Positions 47,006-59,170 of a stretch of 64,000 bases of DNA are shown here, one piece after another. Under the pieces are notes generated by a model. It did no database searches. It saw only the letters and a program-made list of their open reading frames with translations, and was not told where the DNA came from. This stretch comes from Lama glama (Eukaryota): the NCBI GenBank assembly GCA_028534125.1, contig CM052817.1:8248001-8312000 (forward strand). Direction: 5' to 3'. Positions within the stretch are counted from its first letter, which is position 1. Each line of letters begins with the position of its first letter. Position numbers and translations under genes: made by a program.

Positions 47006-48984
47006 ATTGCCATGTATATTTCCTTCCTTTTTCTGCAGCAGTTACCTGAGGAATGGGGAAAAAAAAGCTAAGAAAAAGTTAATTTAACAAAACCCTTTAA
47101 GCCAAATAAGCACTTCTGTAGTTAGGACAATCCTCCTTTTATGGCATTTGTTCCTCAGAAGAATCCGGTACTGTTGGAAGGACAGATATCATTACCATTA
47201 TTGTTGCCATTGTTACTGTATTTCCTTGGACTGGTAATATTTTGAGGTTTTAACGGGTGTGCCTTCTTCACGCCCAGATCGTAAAACAAGATACAAATAA
47301 TCGGCACAATTAGAAACAAAGGCTACAAACACTTGCCACGGAAAGATCTGGATGCGTATTTTGCAGAACAAATTTTCCCATTGGCAGAAGTCATGGAAAA
47401 AAGGTGGCACAGGCTGGGGAAGAGACAGGAAAACATGATAGAGGGGAGTGGAGAGACTCAATCTGAGACCCCTGGGGCTGCATGGAAGCTGAGTGGGCGT
47501 GATCTTCAGGCTCCTATCCTTGTCTAGGAGGGACCACCAAGTGATAGCCATTCACTCACCATCTGTCAATCTTCTAGTCTGGAGTGATGCTCATCCATGC
47601 CAGAGATTCTGCCCAACTCCCCTGCATCTGTGTGGACACTGCCTGCCTCTTAGCCTGAGCAACCTACTGTTGAATTTCCATTTTGTTGACAGAGGAGTGG
47701 AGATTTTAGGAGGCTGAGTATTGCCTAGAAATTACCAGCATAGTTGAAGCTAAAACTTGAGCCTCATGAATCCCTCTTGAGCACTCTTTCTTGTGCCCCC
47801 ACAATACTGACGAAAGTTTGACTTGTGGATCATGGCCATTCAAAGCCAACAGTCCTGTCCCTCATTGCTCCTTGGGCAATTACTCCTTTTTGTAATGAGA
47901 AATAAACAAGAAGGTGACAAGCTCCTGAAGTAGTTGTGTCACTTCCAACCTGGTTCTCCACTCCTGAAGCTAGAGACAGGGTTATTTCTGGTGAAAACCT
48001 TGCTGTAAAGCACACCAATCAATTTTCCTTACAAATGGTTTCTAATGTGTAATTATGTAATCAAGCACTCTCATAAACAAGCCAGGCCTTGACACAGAGT
48101 GATGGGATGCAGTAATATTTTAAATAAAAGATGATCACACAGCCATTTATTTTGTAGTCCAATTTTCAGGGTTGGGAACTGAACATTAATGGCAGTTTCA
48201 AGATTAGCAGCAAGCTAAATGTGAAACTCTGTGAGCCAATGCCTTCGACATAAACAAATATACAAAAATAGCACCCTGCAACTGTTTGCAAAGTCTGACA
48301 GAGTTTCAGAGCTTTCTGCAAAGCAGAGGGTGCAAAGAGTATCAGATTCATCAAATTCTGGCAGCGATCTGTTCAAAAATAATGGTTTTGTCTGCAAATG
48401 GAAACTGCTAACAGCTTTCTCTGTCCACTGCTATCGTCTTTCCATCTGTTTGGGTTTTATAATCATGTCGCCTTTGGAAAATTACAACACAGAGCATATT
48501 CTCCCAGAGGTCTGTTGTGGAGCTGAATATTCTGGGCCATGAAATGGTGACAACGGTGAAGAGTTTCCCTGCAGAAGCGTTACAACTGTGGCATCCCAAA
48601 AAGCTGCCCCGGTGCTGCAAGGCTCCGGCAGGAGTGGAGCATCAAACTGCGTTTAGTAGAGCACAATTTGAAAAACTTTCACGTACCCTTGAATGGCCAC
48701 AATCTAACACTTGGGGTGCTTTGGAATACAGCTGCTTCTATCTCCCTCCTTCTTTCATCTTTCCTCCTTACTCTTTTTCTTTTCATCTCCCTACCAAAAG
48801 CATTTTTATCCAGTATGTGCCAAGTCGTGGGGCATCTGGACAGCTCCTCTGTCTAGCCTGTGATCCTCCCAGTAAAGAACACTATTCCTTTGTATGTCCA
48901 GATCCTCTGCTCAGAGCTCGGCTGGTGGTAGGCGTTCAGCGCCTAACTGCTGAATAAATAAATGAACGAATGATGCTGCATCTT

Positions 48985-49640
48985 TTGTGTAATGCTTTAT
49001 ACCTTATACATCCCTATATGCTTTGTAAAACATTTTCACTGATAACTGTCCTCAAAAACGTATGAGGACGTCATCTCAATGTGTTGCTTCAAGTCCTTCA
49101 AGAGGCAGATGCTAAGATGCCATTAAATGTGCAAGAGATTAATTATGGAAACTGGCCTTGAGGAAAAAAGATGAAGGAGCAGTGGAGAATGTGGGAACCA
49201 TCAGACCATGATGAAGGTTTTACTCCTATGGAGGAGAGAGAAAGGAATTTGGAGGAGTAAAAGCCTTTGACTGATATGCAGTTTGAAGAATGTTTCATCA
49301 AAGCTGATGGAGAGTCTCTTGCCAAAGTCACCAGTCAGAGGAGTCCCACATCTCCCTAAGATGCACCTTCCTCTCTCAGAAGTGACTCTGCCACATTTAG
49401 ACGTTGGCTCGTAGTGCCAGGATGGTGATGGATTTCAGACAGCATGACTGGGGCCCCTTGTTAATTACACTCCATGCAGTGGGACATCTGAGAGGTACAT
49501 TTTTATGCTCACCACATTCTGTTTTATACATTAAGGAAACTGAGACCCAGAGAAATTAAGAGACATTCTCAAGGGCTCATAAGTGGTGGAGTGGGGATGA
49601 GTGCCAGGTTCCGAATCCTAACTCACGTTTTTGCTTCACA
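48985..49640 (-). mobile_element. MIR SINE split by LTR16C
   Basis: tcctcaaaaacgtatgagg before 49080; ttctgttttatacattaaggaaactgagacccagagaaattaag after 49516. Confidence 0.7.
49080..49516 (-). mobile_element. LTR16C-like ERVL solo LTR
   Basis: tgtgttgcttcaagtccttcaagaggcagatgctaagatg...gtgcaagagatt; gccaaagtcaccagtcagaggagtccc; atctgagaggtacattttatgctcaccaca. Confidence 0.82.
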
Positions 49641-50564
49641 GTCATAACTACAGCTTCATTTTTACTGCAGATCCCCTGTCCCATCTAATTGGGAGTGGCT
49701 TGTGGGGAGGGAAGAAACCCTGAGTGGGTCAAACACCTGGCAGGGGCGTTGGAGGAAATGGGGGTGGGGTTTCTTTTACACACAGTAGAAAGCAGAGTAT
49801 AAGGTTGGAAGATGCAGACTAGACACCTCATCCTAGAGTGAAAGTATGGAAGATATTCACATAATCAGAATATGCCATATGTAAAAGGAAATCTTTTGAT
49901 AATTAAATAGCAGACTATGCTCTAGGAAGTCACATAAGTTTCCTGAAGGTAAAAATGCTCGGGGCTATTTTCTCAAGGCTGGTTTCCCAGCACCTTGGCA
50001 GTGCTTGGCACAGAGGCACGGTGCAGATGCCTGCCTTCTTTGAACAAGTGTAGCGTTAGCTTCGGAAGGGACCTCAGGGAGCACCCAGTGTATTATAGAA
50101 GATAATGAGTCATTGAGTAATTGTCAAGTCCCTTCTCGGAGAGAGCGAGACCCTGAGATTCCTGACTCTCTGCACAGGGGTCTGTCCCCTTCCCATCTGG
50201 GGTTACTCTGAGATCAGGGCTCTGCTTTGCACACCCAAGAGAAAGTAGACACTTTAATATTGGAATCTCTATCATCTTTGACCAAAAGGAAGACTTCTTC
50301 ATTTCTTGAACTTAAATATCAACGTGGTGAGATTAGAACCAAATTCTCAAAATCGAGTGGGTAGAACAACGAGCCATTCGGAGAAAAGCGATGCATGAAA
50401 CCTAAAAGGATGAGACCGATGTTTTGGGATTATCACGGGAAACCCCAGCCGACAGCTCAGAGACAGGAGAGAACTGGAAGGGAGCCTATTCATTGCCATT
50501 TTATAGCTTTTTGAAGCCACTGGCCTTGGGGGTTGCACTGCAGAACTGAATGTTGATTCTGCTA

Positions 50565-51365
50565 CCCACTTGGTCAATATTTACTGAGCACGAACTCTGC
50601 AGCAGGTGCTAGGCTCGGCTCTGAAGATTATTGGAAAATAAGACCCTAGTCCTTCTTTTATAGAGCAGGGCATCTAGTGCAAGGCAGGCAGTAAACACAG
50701 TAATTCCAGATAGCTGGGAATGTTTCTGGGCTGTGGAAGTGGAGCAATTCTGCAGTGTTGGGAGGACTCTGAAGCAGTGAAACCGATGTGAGATCTGAGT
50801 GATAAGAAGGAGTTACCTCTGTGAAGATCTGAAGGCAAGCGTTCCAGGAAGGAGGAGGAGCAAATGCAAAAGTGCCAAGACCCCTAGCAAGACCCTGAGG
50901 AGCAGAGAAGAGGCCAGTGTGGATGGAGCACAGTCTGGGGAGATGGCAGGAAGTGAGATGAGAGGCAGGCAGGGCCAGATTCTCTGGGACTTTGGGTTTT
51001 ATCTGAAGTGTGTCAAGAAGTCATTGGAGGCTTTTAAGCAGGAGTGTCATGACCTGATTTATATTAAAAAGAAATAAAGTTGATCTTCAGGAAGGCAAGT
51101 GTGGAGGGAGGGAGACCAGTTGAGTCCATTGTCAGAGTCCTGGTGAGAGCTGGTGGGGACTTGAGCTTAGCTGGAAGGACAAGCTGGAAGTAGCCAGGTG
51201 GACAATGAGACAGGGACTTCTGACTGAAGGACAGCAATGACGAGGCAGAGAGGTGTAGAGGAGAGGGTATGGTGTATTGAGGCTCGTGCGTGGTTTGCAA
51301 CGGCTGCAGTACTGGGTGTGCGCTGGGTAGCAGGAAGTGACGTCAAATAGGAAGGGAGATCTCTG
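50565..51365 (-). mobile_element. L2 3' fragment
   Basis: caatatttactgagcac...aggtgctaggc; gttccaggaaggaggaggagcaaatgcaaaag; ggactttgggttttatctgaagtg...ttttaagcagg. Confidence 0.88.
51331..51345 (+). promoter_or_regulatory. Overlapping ETS-CRE motif CAGGAAGTGACGTCA
   Basis: Full palindromic CRE TGACGTCA overlapped by ETS core AGGAAGT; motif present, function untested. Confidence 0.35.
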
Positions 51366-51859
51366 CTTCACAGTTCAGTGGATGGCGTGAGAACACAGGC
51401 CCCTGTCCCTCTCTGTGCCTCTCAGTAAAATGGAGAGTGGTGTCGCAACACAAGCGCTAAGACCCCTTCCTTTCTGTGATGCCTCCACAACGCAGGACGT
51501 GCAACCTGACTGAAATACCTTGTCTGTGTGGCATTGGCCATGCTGCGGGCTTCAGCATGTGAATTTTCATGGTCCTGGATGATGGGAACATGCTTTTAGA
51601 AATCAAAATGATAGACGAATGATGGAAATAGACAGTGGACATCACCACATGCTGAAAACCCCTTTCCTGGGCAACACACAACAGGTTGTTACAGGGGACA
51701 CCCAGCACAGGCTGTTCACTTCCTGTTTCTTGTCCTTGTCGGAGCTGAATCCCTTCACTGTCCTGAACACAGAAATCCCTTCTATAGAAAACACAGAGGT
51801 CGAGACATAATGATTACCAATTTATGTTTTAGTTTTAAGAGGCTGCTTGGTAATAATAA

Positions 51860-52240
51860 TGATTACTACATGCCGAATGCGGTTCCATCCAGCTCATTTG
51901 TACCAACTCCTGGAATCCGCACGAGTCTGCGACATTGATGATGTTATCACCCCCACTTTAGAGATGGGAAAAGGGAGGACCAAGAAGGGAAGTCGTTGCT
52001 GGAGGCCACGTACCCTCTCTACAGCGGCCATCAGTTGGGAAGTAGCAGAAAGCACTCTGGGTTCAGCCTTCAGGGACTGGGCTCTGCCCCTTGGCAGGGT
52101 GTGGCCTTTCAAACCACCTAACACTTATTCTTGCTTGATTTCTTCATCTGTGAAATGGGGATCATAACAGCTAAGCCAGGGAGCTGTTGTGAGCGTTGAA
52201 ACAAATTGTGTAAGTTACCTGGTGCAATAAACGTCAGTCC
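51860..52240. mobile_element. Two MIRs, - then +
   Basis: gttatcacccccactttagagatgggaaa; tttcttcatctgtgaaatggggatcataacag...gctgttgtgagcgttgaa. Confidence 0.7.
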
Positions 52241-52935
52241 TCTCCACACATAAAGGTGCTTTGAAACCCACAGTTACAAAAAAATTCATACAACCTCTCT
52301 CAGTATTTCTAAACTTGGTTTTGTGCACAAACAGCACTCAAAGTGGAGATATTTGTATGAAGGAATTCTTAGGGTTCTTGGGTTTCTGTACACATGTGGA
52401 GGGAGGTGTGGAGGTGACATTTCCTCTGGAGATTAGAAAACAGTGAGTCAGAAAGTTGAACAAGCTAGTATTAATTTCAGCACCATTTCCTTCTGCTTCA
52501 GGAAGTCGACACTGAAGGGGTAAACCAGATACTTACCAGGTGCACAGCCTGCTCTGGGCACTTCGGGCAGAAGGAGTTGGGTGTAGAGATGTGCCAAATG
52601 ACTGAGGGCTTCAAGGCACTTGCTGCTTATCGTCCGGTGCAGTGGCTGGAGGGGCTGGCCTTCTGCTGGGGGAAGAGGAGGTCTCAGGGTAAAATCTGGT
52701 GTGTATGTCTGTATGTGTGAGGGAGAGGGAGAGAGAGGGGTGGGGAGATTGTTTTCATATTAGTTGGATTAAAAATGTTGGGAAACCCTGGCCTAGACAG
52801 AGAGATACATGACAGAAAGAATGAGTTACTGAGCGAGAAATTATAACTAGCGTTGTAACCAAACACTAGTCAGGGGGCTCCTGGATCTACGTTAAGCTGC
52901 CCAAAGGCAATGATTTGCTGTCTTCTGCCTCCTTT

Positions 52936-53070
52936 TTACTTGTATTGTTTGTTTTCAGAGGGGGAGGTGATTAGGTTTCTTCGCTGATTTCCGCTTGGAG
53001 GAGGTACCGGGGATTGAACCCCAGACCTTTTGGGTGCCGAGCATGCGCTCTGCCACTTGAGCCCTTCCCC
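52936..53070 (-). mobile_element. tRNA-derived camelid SINE (Vic-1 type), more diverged copy
   Basis: gggggaggtgattaggttt...ggaggtaccggggattgaacccc...gcatgcgctctgccacttgagc; TSD ctgcctccttt / ctgtctccttt. Confidence 0.85.
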
Positions 53071-53212
53071 CTGTCTCCTTTCTATAATAAATATTTCACA
53101 ACACATTCTTCACGTCATAGAAAAGATAACACAACTCATCTACAATATGATTTCAAAAGCAAATCAATACAGCAAAAGGAGAAGTTAAAGGAAAGTAATT
53201 TGAGATGAAGTG

Positions 53213-53428
53213 CCGTTGACCCTTGAACAACACGGGAGCTGCGGTGCTGACCCTCCACACAGTGGAAAATCCACGTGTGGCTTTACAGTCAGCTTTCCAT
53301 ATCCACAGTTCCACATCTGTCGATTCATCCGACCTCAGATGGTGTAGTGCTGTAGTATGCATGTAATAAAAAAAAAATCTGTGTGTAAGTGGACCCTTGC
53401 TGTTCACACCTGTTGAAAGGGTCCACTG
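53213..53428 (+). mobile_element. Tigger1-derived MITE (Tigger1a_Art-like)
   Basis: TIRs ccgttgacccttgaacaac / gttgaaagggtccactg; aaaaaatctgtgtgtaagtggaccc. Confidence 0.85.
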
Positions 53429-53479
53429 CAGAGTGTATAGTATTTCAGGATATGATGCTCAGACTACACTAGAGAGATG

Positions 53480-53865
53480 GTGAACTCGTCAGATGCTTGC
53501 ACCAAGGTGGCCTCAGGGACACATCAGGTGCCCCGTGATGGCTGTTGTTTGGGACACTTTGGTTTCCCTCCGTGGGCTTTTCTCTGCATCTCGTATCTCA
53601 CTGTTCAGTGGTTTAGCCTGAACCTCTTCACAAGGCAGCTGGCTCTGACAGGGAAACAGTCCAAGGCTTTCAAACTCCAGGCTTTGAAGTCACACAGCAT
53701 CACTTCTGCTGCATTCTGTCCATCACAACAAGTCCCTAGAATACTCATGGGAGGAATTGGGTGGGAAACAGTCTCCACTTCTGTACAGAAGAAGTGATAA
53801 ATTCATATCACAGCTGGGCACGTGGGGGGAAGATCATTGTCCTCATTCGTGGAAACACTTAACAT
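53480..53865 (-). mobile_element. MLT1F/H-type MaLR LTR
   Basis: gaagtcacacagcatcacttctgctgcattctgt...caagtc; aacagtctccacttct. Confidence 0.75.
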
Positions 53866-53904
53866 AGAAGAGGAGCCCTGAAAAATAAAAATAAAAACAG
53901 TAAA

Positions 53905-54090
53905 TCACTATATTGAATTCTTTCTGTCTGCCTGACAGTGTGCTAAGACTTTGCATGTATCATATTAAGTAAAACTTTCAGCAACCCTTCGAGGTAGGTG
54001 CACTAATTATCTCTACTTTACAGATAAAAGAACTGACACTCAGAGGTGAAGTCACTAACCATAGTCACATAATCAATAGAAACTGAGATG
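53905..54090 (-). mobile_element. MIR SINE
   Basis: caacccttcgaggtaggt...attatctctactttacagataaaagaactgacactcagaggtgaagtcact. Confidence 0.85.
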
Positions 54091-54909
54091 GCCTTATCCA
54101 TGTCTTAAGCAGCAGCTACATAGAGGACATAAAACACACCTTCTAAGTGGAATAAAGGGATTGGCTTGAGTATTTGGATGGATCCAGGAACTGGACACAA
54201 TGTTGTTCAATCTCTTTATAGCAGCGAATCACAGCCATCTGCTTGATGCTCTTCAGTTGAGGGAGACAGAAGATAAACCCCAATGTTGGCCTGTGAACTT
54301 GCTCCCACAACATAGGCCAGTCAAAAAGGCATTGGTTATGTTGTAAGTCTGTGTATCGCAATGGCTGTAAGACGTTCAGATCTTCACCCTTCCAGAAAAC
54401 ACTTGGCTCTGGAATACCAGTTGTTTGAAGGATGCCCTTATGAGTCATGTGCAAGGATGATTACTGAGTGACCTGGAGGACAGGAAAGAGGACAGCATGA
54501 GAATGATTATGAGACCCATGCTTACTGGGTCGACCACAGTGGGAGAGACCCGGCAAGGAACAATTCGTGGCTGGACACGTTCTTAATGTAAGGTAGAAAC
54601 AAGCAAGGACATCCCTGATTTTTTTGAATTTTCGTCCACCATCAAGCAAGATTAATCTTTATGGGGATGTGAGACTCAAGTCAGTGTTTGTTATCTGACT
54701 TGATTTAAATGCTGCAACAATCTCTTTACGAACCACCTGGTCTGGGGTGGTCCTCAACTCAGCATTTTTCCAAAGGTTCTGTTGAAGGGCACAGGAAATC
54801 CCCTTAGCATCGCAGTATGGAACCTCCCACCTTAATTGTAGCTTTGGTGTGTGAAAGGTTTCTAGAAAAGCTCCTCTGTCCTCATATCTAAGAGTTCCTC
54901 ATCTTCCCA

Positions 54910-57360
54910 TCCACTCGTTTATTCATTCACTCGGCAAATATTTTTGGAAGCCTCTAGGGGCATTGTTTTAGGCCCTGGGGATGTAGACTGAACAAAAAGA
55001 CATGAAAATAGTTCATAGTCTAGTTGGGGTGAGGGGAGCCAGACTTTGTTTAGTGTGTCTGGTGGGGGAAGAAGCTAAGAAGGAAAATAAAGCCCAGGAA
55101 GAGGACGCAGAGCCACAGCGCAAGGTTGTTTCCGACAAGATGCTTAGAGGAAGCCTCTCTGCTCCATTCTAGTGTGCAGCGGAGGGGAGACTAAAGCGAT
55201 ATCAGGAGACAGAGATTTCCTGGCATGGAAGTAGACAGGACGAAGTCTTGGAGGCACCCGGGGGCTTGGGTGGATTAGGAACAGCAAGGAGGCTACTGTG
55301 GCGGGGGTGTGGCCAGAGCAGAGTAAGAGAAGGAGACACTGGTAGGAGATGAGGTCAGAGAGGGCAGGAGCAGCCGGGATGGGACACTAAGGGCTTTTTA
55401 GGACTGAGTCAGGGCTCTTAATTTTATTCTGAGTGATATGAGAATCTATTGGAGAGTTTTGACAATAAGAGAGGAATAATTTGACTTACGATTTTAAAAA
55501 GTCATTTTGAATGTTATGTGGGATACAGAGTGTAAGGGGGTAAGGGTGGGAAAACTAGTTCCAAGACTATTTCAACAATCATCCAAAAAAGGGATGATGG
55601 TAGTGATTGCTGTGGTAAGTGGCCCAATTTTAGATTTTTTTTTTTAGAATTAAAGTCAGTTGAAATATTGTTGTTGAAAATAAGGTGTGGGATGAGAGTG
55701 AAGGATGATTCTAACTTTTCAACCTGAGAAACTGGGAGAATGGCATTGACGTTTACTCAGATGGAAAAGACTCTGGGAAGAGCAGATTGGGACAAAAATG
55801 TAAGGAGCTGAATTTTAGGAATGTGAAGTTTGAGACGACTAAGAGATATCAAGGATATTTTGAGTATGAAGTTGAACATAGGAGTCTAGAGTTCACCAAA
55901 TGTGTCCAGGTTAGTGATGCATATTTGGGTATCATCGGCACATAAATAATATTTAAAACCATGGAGTTGGATGTATTGACATATCCGAGGGAGTAAGTGT
56001 AGATATATATGTATGGAGATCCAAGGACCGAGTCTTTGAGACTCTAACATTTAGAAGTTGGAAAAAAGAGGAGGTTCCAGTAAATGAGCCTGAGATGGAA
56101 TAGCCAGTGTGCTAGAAGGAGAACTGGGTGATGTCCTGAAGGTAAGTGGAGGAGTTATTTCAAGGAGGAGGGAAAGTTTAATCATGTCAAGTGAGGCTCA
56201 TGGGTTGAGCTGGGTAAGAATGAAGAATTGATTAAGAATGGCGATCTTAAAGCCACTGATGACTTTGATAGACCTAGTTTTGGTGAGGGCATGAGGTCGA
56301 AAGCCTGACCAGAATATATAAAAGAGAGGATGGAAAGGGAGAAAGTGGAGACAGAATATGAATTATTTTTAAGAATAATTTTTCTACAAAAGAAATGAAC
56401 TGTAGCTGGAAAAGGTTTATGGGGCATATTACTCTCTATTTGTTTGCTGTTGGTGATGATCCAGATGAGAGGAAATGATTGATGATGGAGGAGATGAGGG
56501 AGCTTTGCTGGAGCAGCTTCCTTGAGTTTGGTGAAATTGTATAGGATCACAGAGGGGTTGGCCATAGATGGGCGCATGCCACTTCATCATTATGTGGGAG
56601 GGGATGCAGTATGTATGGTCCAGGTGCACTTAGTGCAGTAGATTTGGTGTGGCAACGTGTGGAAGTTATCTTCTGATTGCTTTACCATCTCAGTTAAATA
56701 AGAAGCAAATTCATTAGCTAAAAGCAAGAGAGTGGAAATAGATGATGGAATTTTAAAGACACATAAGATGGTGAGAAACAGCCAGCCAGGAAAGTGAGAG
56801 AGATGGTTGATTAGGAAGATATACTATATTTCATGACTAGCAGTGAGGACTCTCTGGGGGTTAGTGCTCATGAATTCAAAGTGGAACCATCTATGTGCTT
56901 GTGTGTTTTCCTCCAGCCATGTTTTCAAGCACAGAATGGATGGAGAAGTGATTCACTTTAAACATAGTTTAGCTTTTTTATTTTTTATTTTCCAAGAGTG
57001 AAGGAATGAAAAGTTGAGAGTATATGTAGGGGACTGATTACAATGATGGACTATGGATTTTAAGTTTGAATAAAAGCAAAGGGAACAGAGGAAATATGGA
57101 ACGAATTTTAATCTAGGCGGGGTTGAGGGATGGTTGGAATATGAGCATAGTAGGAGAAAGCTGGATATGGAGTTGGTAGTTAGTGTGGGATTTTTAAAGA
57201 TGACATTTTAGAGGGACAGCAGTAGAATGTGGTAGTCTGGGATATGATAATGGAGTGAGTAACTTGGATGTGATGGAGGACACAATTGTAGGAGAAGTCA
57301 AATAATTGAGAAACTAGGGTATTGGATGGATCATCCATATTGATACTGAAACTACCAACC
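54910..57360 (-). mobile_element. Long (about 2.4 kb) L2a-type LINE, 3' tail into ORF2
   Basis: Reverse tail attcattcactcggcaaatattt; ggagatgaggtcagagag; gaaactgggagaatggcattgac; catatttgggtatcatcggca; ORF2-like KLKEAAPAKLPHL on - strand; ends ggatggatcatccatattgatactgaaactaccaa. Confidence 0.9.
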
Positions 57361-58799
57361 TAAAATTCTCTATATTGCCATTCACCAGGAGCCTCCTTGT
57401 CCCTGCAACACTAAATTCTCAGAGAATATTTGTTGAGTGAAGAGTTGTTTCACAATGACAGTCAAGTTACAATCTGAGACTAGTTTCTCATGTGCACAGG
57501 TGAGGCAGAAATAAATGGATCCTATTCCACAGTGAGCCAAAATGAGGATACTAACCTCTAAAAATAGAGTATAGTGAATTAGCTCTTTCGGGGAATTTCT
57601 TGGTAAATTCTCTCTCCCTGGACTCTGCAAGCACTGAGCCTCCCAGAGCCCCAACAAAATGAATTCACATCACATCAACAAGCAATTTTCCTCTTTAAAA
57701 ATATTTTTATTTTTATATAATCAGGTATTTGGAAAGAAGACAAGTATAAGAAAAGGGCATTATGTACAGAGAAGGCGTTGAAAGGGAAAGGAGTCAATAG
57801 AATTTGGATTTTTCCTCATCGCTATAATGGTCCCTAGAGTTTAGCTTTTTTTTTTTTTTTGGTTCCAATTAAAAACGATAGCTGACCCTTTCTTAAGAAA
57901 TAGTGAGTACTGTGAGGATGGAGTGCTATATTTATACTTACCAATGGATTGAGTTCCCAACCTTTGGGAGTTGGTTTGTTTGGAAGGTGGAATGTATTTT
58001 CTCATTGAAAAAATGTTACATATGGAAGTGAGGTTCCCAAGCAAGTCTATTTAATCATAAAGTCCTTAGAGGAAAGAGTATTATTTTCTTTTGTCTCAAA
58101 AATAGAGCTACAATTTTTTATAGTATTATGTTAACATAATTGGAGGAGGGACAGTCTCCCCCTTCCTTTGGAGAATTCTTACCTCATATAATAGGCTACT
58201 TCAATATTTCTTCCATTTTAAGGAAGAGGTAGGGTCCAGGCTGAAGTGTTGGAAGTGAGTCTTTTGCATGGCTTAACATCTTAGATTCCTCTAGAATGGG
58301 ATCTCTGGAGGAAAGTTGGGGAAGAATAGGGGTGAGTCATTCCGAAGCCCATTTTGAATCCAAGCATCATTCTACACTTCAGCTTTACCAGTAATAAAGC
58401 AGACACTGTATTTTAATCTTTGTCCCTCTCCTGGGTCTTCTTTCTTACTGGACCAGAATCCTTAGGTGAGAAGAAAGTGATACATTGGCATTCTCAAATG
58501 TCAACAAAATTATATAGCGCCCCGCCAAGATGCACTTGGGTGAAGCACTTCACGGACGGAAGCGAAGGCAGATTTTTCCAGCAGACTCATCTGATTCCTC
58601 CACCTCCCCTCAGTGTTTGAGAGTGTCTCCCTGCTGTTGACACTGTGCCCTACTCTGCTTCTCTTCCACATCCTTCTCCTGCCTCGATGGTCATGTCTTT
58701 GAAGGGGATATATGGCGTAATTTAATGAACTCTGGACAACAACTTCCCCTCCTGTCACCATTCAGTATGTCTACTATGTAACCATTCATTTTTTGGTGG

Positions 58800-59170
58800 G
58801 AGCAATGTGGTTTGTGGGAAAGACAGTAACTTAGGGGTAGACAGTCTGATTAAGCTTGGGTTGAATATCTACTGGTTTTGGAAACTTGGGAAACTTATCT
58901 ACCCAAGACTCAGTTTCCTCAAATGAAAAATAAAATATTGCCAACTTGAGGAACTCTTGTATGGATGAACTGTGCTCATTATGAATATTAATAACTGTGT
59001 ATGGCACTATTAGGCGTTTAGCATGGATACTGTCTTTCTCTTACTAACTTTAAGGAGTAGGAATGATCTACACCTTATATAATGAGATAGCTGGGGCTCC
59101 GAGAGGTTAAGTAAACTGCAGAGCTAGGATTCACACCCAGGCTAGTCTTACGCCCATTACATTGCTCTCT
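58800..59170. mobile_element. Two MIRs, + then -
   Basis: gactcagtttcctcaaatgaaaaataaa; ggggctccgagaggttaagtaa...gcagagctaggattcacacccagg. Confidence 0.75.

Noticed and set aside
46819..47049. Glu/Lys-rich and Phe/Leu-rich ORFs
   Set aside because: Translations of the CT low-complexity tract
52476..52496. REST/NRSE half-site TTCAGCACC
   Set aside because: The right half (GGACAG) is absent
56182..56629. 131-aa and 66-aa minus-strand ORFs
   Set aside because: Inside the long L2; decayed L2 ORF2 remnants rather than a host gene
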